Source: a virus
Strand: one strand, 5' to 3'
Virus record (IMG/VR): IMGVR_UViG_3300028968_000146
Span: 2,153-22,166 of that record
Length of the DNA stretch: 20,014 nt
The position numbers and the translations under genes are program-made. Below, piece by piece: positions 14,581 through 20,014 of the stretch (within the stretch, counting starts at the first letter, position 1; every line of letters starts with the position of its first letter). The notes beneath the pieces were generated by a model, which was given only the letters and a program-made list of their open reading frames with translations, did no database searches and was not told the origin of the DNA.

Positions 14581-14836
14581 CGTTTTCCTCCAATTCAATC
14601 ACCTTAAATATCTCACTTTGCTGTTTAGCACCGTCATTTTTATCAATAATACCCTGTTTTATTGCAGTGTACAAATCAGCCAATCGTGCTATGATGAAAC
14701 ACTCACCGCAATTAAATTCACCGCTGTTATACATATCATCGTAGCACTCTGCAAATTTTCTACCATCTGCAATACATATATCCGACAATTCGTTTGCTTT
14801 AGCTTTCAACCTATTTCTTGTAGCTTTATCAATCAT
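14570..14836 (-). CDS. Hypothetical 88-aa protein, overlaps the nucleotidyltransferase gene by 11 nt
   Basis: The ATG has GAGGAAG upstream. Its Cys residues are irregularly spaced (positions 21, 31, 43 and 46; only NCGEC is a CxxC pair), and the C-terminus is acidic. It overlaps VRR-NUC (8 nt) and the next gene (11 nt). Confidence 0.65.
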   Translation of the reverse strand: MIDKATRNRLKAKANELSDICIADGRKFAECYDDMYNSGEFNCGECFIIARLADLYTAIKQGIIDKNDGAKQQSEIFKVIELEENDDN

Positions 14837-15125
14837 TATTCAGCACTTCCTCAATGAACTTTTTAAATCCGTCAAATTCAGACGGTCTAAGGACTGTGAC
14901 CGCCCCGCCGGAAGTTAATATTTTATCTAAATGACTGCGTTGCAACGGTGCCAACTTACCGTGTTCAGCTTTAATTTCAACACCGACAAATCTACCATTC
15001 GCACATACAAGCAAATCGGGAACGCCCGCTCTTGTACCTCCGCAACCATAATATTTAACCACATAACAGCCTTTACTTCTAAGCCATTGCTTAACTCGGT
15101 TTTCAAAATTCTTTTCCTCTGCCAT
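14829..15125 (-). CDS. VRR-NUC domain nuclease
   Basis: 98 aa from an ATG overlapping the SNF2 TGA (TGATG). It carries the PD-(D/E)xK signature GVPDLLVCANGRFVGVEIKAEHGKLAPLQ. Confidence 0.85.
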   Translation of the reverse strand: MAEEKNFENRVKQWLRSKGCYVVKYYGCGGTRAGVPDLLVCANGRFVGVEIKAEHGKLAPLQRSHLDKILTSGGAVTVLRPSEFDGFKKFIEEVLNND

Positions 15126-16375
15126 CAGCCAAATTCCTTTCTGAATAATTCGTCTGTATAATCTTTTCGCATTAACAGACACTCATATATCTTTTCTTCC
15201 ACGCTCTTATGGCACATCATTATGTGATAATAGCATTGTTTTTCTTGACCGATACGGCATATCCTCGCTTTTGATTGCTCAAACAGTTCCGAACGTTCCG
15301 GCAGAGAAAAATATATAATTCTGTTCGCCTTTTGCAAATTTAATCCCATAGCTCCGGCTTGATATTGTATCAACGTAACTGAATTATCGTTATTTTCGTA
15401 TTCCTTTAGGTCCTTAACTTGTCCGTTTACTATGCTTATCGGTCTATCAAACAGCACTTTTCTTAATGCTTCAAGTTCGGTATTGAAATTATAGAATATA
15501 ATAACCCTGTCAGATGTAGAATTAACTAAATCAATTAATCGCGATATTTTGTCCTTACTGTATGCACTGCATAACATTCTTGCATACAGTCTTTTTGACA
15601 ATGTACTGTCGCCTGTCAATTCCTTATCATCTATCTTAATTACTCGGTCTTTCATAAACTTTTTGTAGTCTGATGAAACGGTTGAATATTCCTTGATAAA
15701 CTTCTTTTCCGGTAACTTAATAACTTCTTCCGCCTTAGCGAATACCGCTCCGTATTCCTTTAGTTTTGCCTTTAATTCGCTTACATTCTTGTATCCTGTA
15801 ACTACTCTGAACATTGGACCGCCGTAACTTCGCAATTCCGTTTTTATGTATCGGTTATAATATGCCGTTTTGGTAATCTTCCAACCTAACAAGCGTAATT
15901 GCGAATACAGGAACTCATACTTGCCGTCTGTCGGTGTACCGGATAACAATATTGTGTGTGACGGTTTCAACGATAATATGAATTTCGTACGTTTTGCAGT
16001 TTCATTTTTTATCATTGAACTTTCATCTAACATCATCGTAAAATTCGTTAATCGTTTTAATTCTTCACGTCTGTATGCAAGCTCATAATTTATAATACCG
16101 ATACATTTGTATATCGGATATATCATAAATGCCTGCATATCCTTTTTATTCGTCAAATCAAATACTGCATAATCCGTATAATGCTCTTTGAAATGCTCGC
16201 ACCAGTCTTTGATTTTAGACTTCTGACACACAATTATATTCACACGTTCGCCGTATAATCGTAATCGTTCACTGCCTATAAACGTCTTACCTAATCCCAT
16301 ATCATAGTAAAATGCCGAATTATCTTTATCACTTGTCAATGCAAGTGCTTTTTCTTGATAATCAAATAATTTCAT
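15125..16375 (-). CDS. SNF2-family DNA helicase/translocase
   Basis: 416 aa with AAGGAGTTAAACA-ATG. Motif I is DMGLGKT, motif II is MMLDESS and motif VI is QSKARICRIGQ. Confidence 0.9.
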   Translation of the reverse strand: MKLFDYQEKALALTSDKDNSAFYYDMGLGKTFIGSERLRLYGERVNIIVCQKSKIKDWCEHFKEHYTDYAVFDLTNKKDMQAFMIYPIYKCIGIINYELAYRREELKRLTNFTMMLDESSMIKNETAKRTKFILSLKPSHTILLSGTPTDGKYEFLYSQLRLLGWKITKTAYYNRYIKTELRSYGGPMFRVVTGYKNVSELKAKLKEYGAVFAKAEEVIKLPEKKFIKEYSTVSSDYKKFMKDRVIKIDDKELTGDSTLSKRLYARMLCSAYSKDKISRLIDLVNSTSDRVIIFYNFNTELEALRKVLFDRPISIVNGQVKDLKEYENNDNSVTLIQYQAGAMGLNLQKANRIIYFSLPERSELFEQSKARICRIGQEKQCYYHIMMCHKSVEEKIYECLLMRKDYTDELFRKEFG

Positions 16376-16611
16376 TGTTTAACTCCTTATATATGCGTCC
16401 CCACGCCCCCAAACAGTATTTTTAAAATTGGGGGCTACCGAATACGATACCTATGCGATTTATCGGTATATGTCCCCAATGTCCACACATTTTTTATTAC
16501 TCTATATAGGACAATATTTTTTTGATTTTTAATAATTAATCAAATAAATATTACTATATATACATTATAGTTTTGTTGAGGACGTTGGGGACTTGGGGAC
16601 ACTTTTTTATA
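16376..16611. promoter_or_regulatory. Candidate phage replication origin: GTCCCCAA-type iterons in opposite orientations flanking an ~87-bp very AT-rich core
   Basis: Plus-strand GTCCCCAC lies at 16397-16404, GCCCCCAA at 16405-16412, GTCCCCAA at 16472-16479 and degenerate GTCCACAC at 16481-16488. Inverted copies are TTGGGGGC at 16428-16435 and a tandem TTGAGGAC-g-TTGGGGAC-TTGGGGAC at 16576-16600. The AT-rich core spans 16489-16575. The spacer lies between the two helicase genes. Confidence 0.5.
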
Positions 16612-18462
16612 TTAAAACGGTAAATCTTCATCATTTTCAATGTTCTCGTAGTCGTCTATATCATCTACATAGATACAGATACAATGTGCTTTTGCGCCAT
16701 TAATTCGCTTGGATATATCACGTCTGCCGTTTTCGTGACGTGCAATTTTATGGTTACGAATCATCCATGAAAGTGTTGACTGCGGATTAAATCCACCGTC
16801 AGTAATTATCGAATTAAACCGATTTTTCAATATGTATATATTGCCGTCCTGCTCTATCCCCCAACACTCATTGCCGTTTGATGTGAAATTGCTATGATTT
16901 GCAATAATTTCTTCTCGCAAGTAATCATACGCACGTCTGTTGACGTTCAACATATCCTTTGTTTGTAGATACGGTTTAATATCATCTATACTGATTCGTA
17001 CACCGTCATTAAATATCCAACGTTCAGACAGTTCGTCAGCGGTTAATAATGCCGCCGCTGACGCAATTTGTTTGTCCGTTGCCTCTGTATTATCTTCCAA
17101 CAGTTTAATATACTTTTCGTGCAATGCTCGTGCTTCAGCGATATTTCCGGTTAAATTATCAATAAATTCTTTACCGGCATGACCGTAATTCGCTTGTATC
17201 GTTCTGCAAAATTCTCTCGGATTTTTGAAAAACTTACCGCCGTTACATTCGATTTCAATAACACGGTTGACTGCACCGCCACCCGATGACATTGATGTTA
17301 TCGGGCGTTCGCCTGTGGTTATAATACAATTTCGCCACGTCTTAATATTTTGTATACCACCGTCTTTTTTACCGCGTAAACGTCCTGTACCCTCGCACAG
17401 ACGATATATTATATCATCAAAATCCGAACGTTTATTCAGTATCTGCAATTCGTCCATACATAACGGCAGTGAATTTAAACACGCCGCATATAATTCATTA
17501 CCTACATCAGTAGAATTGAATGTATAGGCATATTTACCAATAACCGGCTCAGCCCATACAGACACTGCCGCAAGTAGCGCAACCGATTTACCCGTTTCTG
17601 TATCGCCCCATAGGTGAACGAAGAACGGCAACGCTCCGAGCGGTTTTAACAGTACACTCGCAAAACTCGCCGCCATTACCATGCGAACAACTATATTACC
17701 GTTTTTGCGGTAATCTCTGATTGTTTTAAGCCATTTTTCATAACTGCCGACCTCTCTTACCGAATTAAATAACTGTCTGAAACTGTCCTGTCCCTCAAAC
17801 TCCAAATCTGATATATACGGTGCAAATTCTTTAAATCCTCTGCCTACCCAACCCATATGGTCACACGATTTCTTTTCGATTATTTTGTCATAATTTATGC
17901 TTTCAAAATCGCTTAAAAACTGTACGAGTGCCTTTGCATTTTCTGATGTTACGCCGACACCGTATTCAGCTAATTTTACGATTTTATTCGCACTTGCAAG
18001 GTCAGAACGTGGGACGATTTTAGTTTTGTAATTTCGTCCCGGTCTACCGTAAACAAGTTGCACACTTTCAACATCAGTATCTACATTTGAATATCTTGTT
18101 ATCATAAATATCGGGTGTGGACACGCCGTCACTTTTTCGCTGAACTGTCCTTTAAACCTATACACTCCGTCATCAGTTGCTATCCATTCGCCTGTGTCCC
18201 ACATTATTGCAGTGCCACTGAACTCCATTACGTTGCCGTAAACAATGCTTTGACCCTTTTGCGCTCTGACGTAGTTTGAAAATTGTGTTCGGAAATTAGA
18301 TACTTTTAATTTCTTTGCCTTTTCCGCCATTTGTGCCACAAGCTGACCTTTGATGAACTCGTTGCCGTCAGCTTGGTCTATTATCCATTGAAACGGTTTT
18401 GATGATATTAAAAAATCGTCCTTACTGAAATCGGGTATCGTTATTCTGTTTTCATTCTCCAT
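16612..18462 (-). CDS. Replicative SF3-type helicase, DUF927-like (no recognisable primase domain)
   Basis: About 616 aa. Walker A is HLWGDTETGKS and Walker B is LPLCMDEL, followed by IITTGERP. The segment IVKLAEYGVGVTSENAKALVQFL...CDHMGWVG is characteristic of DUF927-type phage/SCC helicases. The ATG at 18462 is 9 nt after AAGGA, while the ATG at 18471 abuts it. The C-terminus is DEDLPF. Confidence 0.8.
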   Translation of the reverse strand: MENENRITIPDFSKDDFLISSKPFQWIIDQADGNEFIKGQLVAQMAEKAKKLKVSNFRTQFSNYVRAQKGQSIVYGNVMEFSGTAIMWDTGEWIATDDGVYRFKGQFSEKVTACPHPIFMITRYSNVDTDVESVQLVYGRPGRNYKTKIVPRSDLASANKIVKLAEYGVGVTSENAKALVQFLSDFESINYDKIIEKKSCDHMGWVGRGFKEFAPYISDLEFEGQDSFRQLFNSVREVGSYEKWLKTIRDYRKNGNIVVRMVMAASFASVLLKPLGALPFFVHLWGDTETGKSVALLAAVSVWAEPVIGKYAYTFNSTDVGNELYAACLNSLPLCMDELQILNKRSDFDDIIYRLCEGTGRLRGKKDGGIQNIKTWRNCIITTGERPITSMSSGGGAVNRVIEIECNGGKFFKNPREFCRTIQANYGHAGKEFIDNLTGNIAEARALHEKYIKLLEDNTEATDKQIASAAALLTADELSERWIFNDGVRISIDDIKPYLQTKDMLNVNRRAYDYLREEIIANHSNFTSNGNECWGIEQDGNIYILKNRFNSIITDGGFNPQSTLSWMIRNHKIARHENGRRDISKRINGAKAHCICIYVDDIDDYENIENDEDLPF

Positions 18463-18484
18463 AGCACCCATTCCTTAACCTATA

Positions 18485-19048
18485 TTAAAACGGCAAATCT
18501 TCTTCCGATACGTCCTCATCATCAAATCCGCTTGTATCAAATCCCGATGTACTTCCATCAAGTAGTTTATCCTGTGGAATTTCGGACATTTCCAATCCTT
18601 TGATACTTCTTACCGCTCTTGCCTTAGTCGCCCATTTTTTTTGACCGTTCATCAGGTATTGTTCACGTCCAAACAATACACCTATTTTCTTACCCTTAAG
18701 CGTTTTTTCGTCCCAATTCCATTCATAGCCCTCATTACTTTCTTCAATACAAGTAATCATACCTTTGAAAAACGGTAATTGTTTACCCTCGTATCCTTGT
18801 CTGAAAAGTCCTCCGTTGTTCCACTTTGCCTCCGTTCCGTTTCTTTCAATGTTCGCCGCATATAGATTACCGTAATGGTCTTTATATTCGCCCTCTGCAA
18901 TATCCAGTTGCAATACCAATTGTTCCTTACCGGTGCTTGTTTTAACAACTTTCGCGCCTTTAATTTCACAGATATATTTGCCCGCCGGCAATGCTCTGCT
19001 TTCGCCTGTGTATGCTTGTGCCTCGTCATATCCTTGTATTTTATTCAT
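18485..19048 (-). CDS. DUF669-family phage ssDNA-binding-like protein with an SSB-type acidic C-terminal tip
   Basis: 187 aa from an ATG 8 nt after GGAGGA (the upstream ORF-track start lacks an SD). LPAGKYICEIKGAKVVKTSTGKEQLVLQLDIAEGEY matches the DUF669 N-terminal pattern. The C-terminus is DDEDVSEEDLPF. It follows the Sak4-like gene, as in known Gp157/Sak4/DUF669 modules. Confidence 0.8.
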   Translation of the reverse strand: MNKIQGYDEAQAYTGESRALPAGKYICEIKGAKVVKTSTGKEQLVLQLDIAEGEYKDHYGNLYAANIERNGTEAKWNNGGLFRQGYEGKQLPFFKGMITCIEESNEGYEWNWDEKTLKGKKIGVLFGREQYLMNGQKKWATKARAVRSIKGLEMSEIPQDKLLDGSTSGFDTSGFDDEDVSEEDLPF

Positions 19049-19670
19049 TATTTTTATCCTCCTCATTCATTCCGTAATATTCTCTTATTCTTTCGTCAAC
19101 TGCTTTCAAATCGTTATCAATCTCTAAATCAAACATATCCATAGGCGACTTGCACGTTGTATGTCCGTCTGATTGCGTTATGAAACTATGACTTTGACCG
19201 TCAGCTTGACATAGCAAAACGATTGAAAACAGTCCCTCAACGGTCAACTGATTGTCCAACATTTTACCGATTGTTTTCGCTTTAATTTTACCGTTTTCGG
19301 TCTGCTCGCAATGGTGCAAAAAATATACGATTGTATCATCGGGCAATCCCTCAATGATGAATGTAATCATCTTCTGAAAACGTACCGCCATATCGGTAAA
19401 CTTCGCATAGCCTGTTTCTTTTGCACGATTGAACGAATCGAACGCCAACAGATATTGACTGTCGTCTATAACGTATCGCTTATACTGCTTTTTACTTAAT
19501 TCTTTGGCAATAACATTGTATGTAGCCTTTTTGATTGAATTTAACTTCTTGCGGAACGGAAGTGGTTTACTTGCCACATTAAATATTACCAAATCATCTG
19601 CGTCAAAATTTCTTAGGCTTGCGCTTTTTCCGCTACCGCTTTCGCCCATAATTAAAACCGGTATTCCCAT
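19041..19670 (-). CDS. Sak4-like RecA-fold ATPase (AAA_24 family) single-strand annealing/recombination protein
   Basis: 209 aa from an ATG 8 nt after AAGGAG. Walker A is LIMGESGSGKS and Walker B-like is KRYVIDDS. Size and position fit, between the Gp157-like and DUF669 genes. Confidence 0.85.
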   Translation of the reverse strand: MGIPVLIMGESGSGKSASLRNFDADDLVIFNVASKPLPFRKKLNSIKKATYNVIAKELSKKQYKRYVIDDSQYLLAFDSFNRAKETGYAKFTDMAVRFQKMITFIIEGLPDDTIVYFLHHCEQTENGKIKAKTIGKMLDNQLTVEGLFSIVLLCQADGQSHSFITQSDGHTTCKSPMDMFDLEIDNDLKAVDERIREYYGMNEEDKNNE

Positions 19671-19682
19671 ATGTATCACTCC

Positions 19683-20014
19683 TTATTTTATGCTCATATT
19701 ATTTCTTTCGACTAACTCTGCATGCGGAATATCAAAACCGCCCTGCAACATTCCCTTGATGACCGTTTTGTTTGGCTCCGGTCTTTTGAACGTCAACAGG
19801 TCGTTATTGTTCTTCATTGCATAGTCGATAAATTCATCATCAACTTCTACTGCCGTTGATTTTCTATAGCTTATAGCTACTTTTGATGTACTGAACTTGT
19901 TACCGTCCAATGTTCGATTTATGAAATTCTTCAGATTTTCAGCTTTGTTTTCCAGTGACTTACGACGTTCCGCAAGTGCTTTTTCTTCTTCTCTTATAGC
20001 TTTGCTCTCGGCTA
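19683..20014 (-). CDS. Siphovirus Gp157-family protein, C-terminal part (5' end outside the window)
   Basis: The frame stays open upstream of the ORF-track TTG. My own translation of 19911-20012 gives AESKAIREEEKALAERRKSLENKAENLKNFINRTL, continuing into DGNKFSTSKVAISYRKSTAVEVDDEFIDY... This coiled coil plus beta C-terminus is typical of Gp157. Confidence 0.75.
   Translation of the reverse strand, partial: AESKAIREEEKALAERRKSLENKAENLKNFINRTLDGNKFSTSKVAISYRKSTAVEVDDEFIDYAMKNNNDLLTFKRPEPNKTVIKGMLQGGFDIPHAELVERNNMSIK

Noticed and set aside
16405-16435. GCCCCCAA-15 nt-TTGGGGGC hairpin as a terminator between the helicase and SNF2 genes
   Set aside because: On the coding (minus) strand the stem is followed by GTGGGGACGC, not a U-tract. 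The loop is long, and the arms are iteron variants. I consider it part of the origin-like region.
16397-16600. GTCCCCAA repeats as a possible CRISPR array or mobile-element terminal inverted repeats
   Set aside because: The repeats are only 8 nt long, irregularly spaced and in both orientations. There are no spacer-like unique units of constant length and no transposase. An iteron/origin interpretation fits better.
221-19824. All plus-strand ORFs in the supplied track (for example 4608..5108, 8457..9068, 1813..2325, 10628..11041, 11863..12219, 5964..6281)
   Set aside because: Each lies antisense to a minus-strand gene with clear family motifs, RBS and translational coupling. Their translations are low-complexity (Ser/Leu/Phe/Ile-rich), and none has a convincing SD. 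I treat them as shadow ORFs.
1-20014. tRNA genes, an integrase/attachment site, a lysis cassette or toxin-antitoxin pairs
   Set aside because: I saw no cloverleaf-compatible segments, recombinase motifs, or holin/endolysin genes in this window. These modules presumably lie outside it.

Overview
This window is a slice of a tailed-phage or prophage genome. Every credible gene is on the minus strand, so transcription runs from high to low coordinates. The host is probably a low-GC Firmicute (Clostridia-like), judged from AGGAGG-type ribosome-binding sites (RBS), GTG/TTG starts and gene families. Gene order, from the right end: (1) A recombination/replication module: Gp157-like protein (5' end cut by the window edge), Sak4/AAA_24 RecA-like ATPase, DUF669 SSB-like protein, DUF927-type SF3 helicase, a 236-bp iteron plus AT-rich origin-like spacer, SNF2 helicase and VRR-NUC nuclease. 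(2) A block of small uncharacterised genes. It includes a head-only class-II (CCA-adding / poly(A)-polymerase-like) nucleotidyltransferase, a Cys-rich miniprotein and a sigma-70 region-4-like late regulator. (3) An AT-rich moron encoding a two-TM protein, with its own promoter-like element and terminator. (4) Packaging and head genes: terS, terL, SPP1-type portal, and a MuF/gp7 head protein carrying an extra C-terminal HExxH domain. These are followed by an overlapping 52-codon ORF and a YjcQ-like gene closed by two terminators, then GP20 scaffold, major capsid and head-tail connectors. (5) Contractile-tail genes: sheath, XkdM-like tube, XkdN-like chaperone with a canonical A_AAA_AAC -1 frameshift extension, and the start of the tape measure gene. 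The tape measure reading frame is broken once inside the window. No tRNA, rRNA, CRISPR array, transposase or integrase was seen. The best candidates for undescribed biology are the MuF-HExxH/miniprotein/YjcQ locus, the minimal nucleotidyltransferase, the SSB-tail mimicry on two replication proteins and the two-TM moron. All family calls come from by-eye motif recognition, not from searches.
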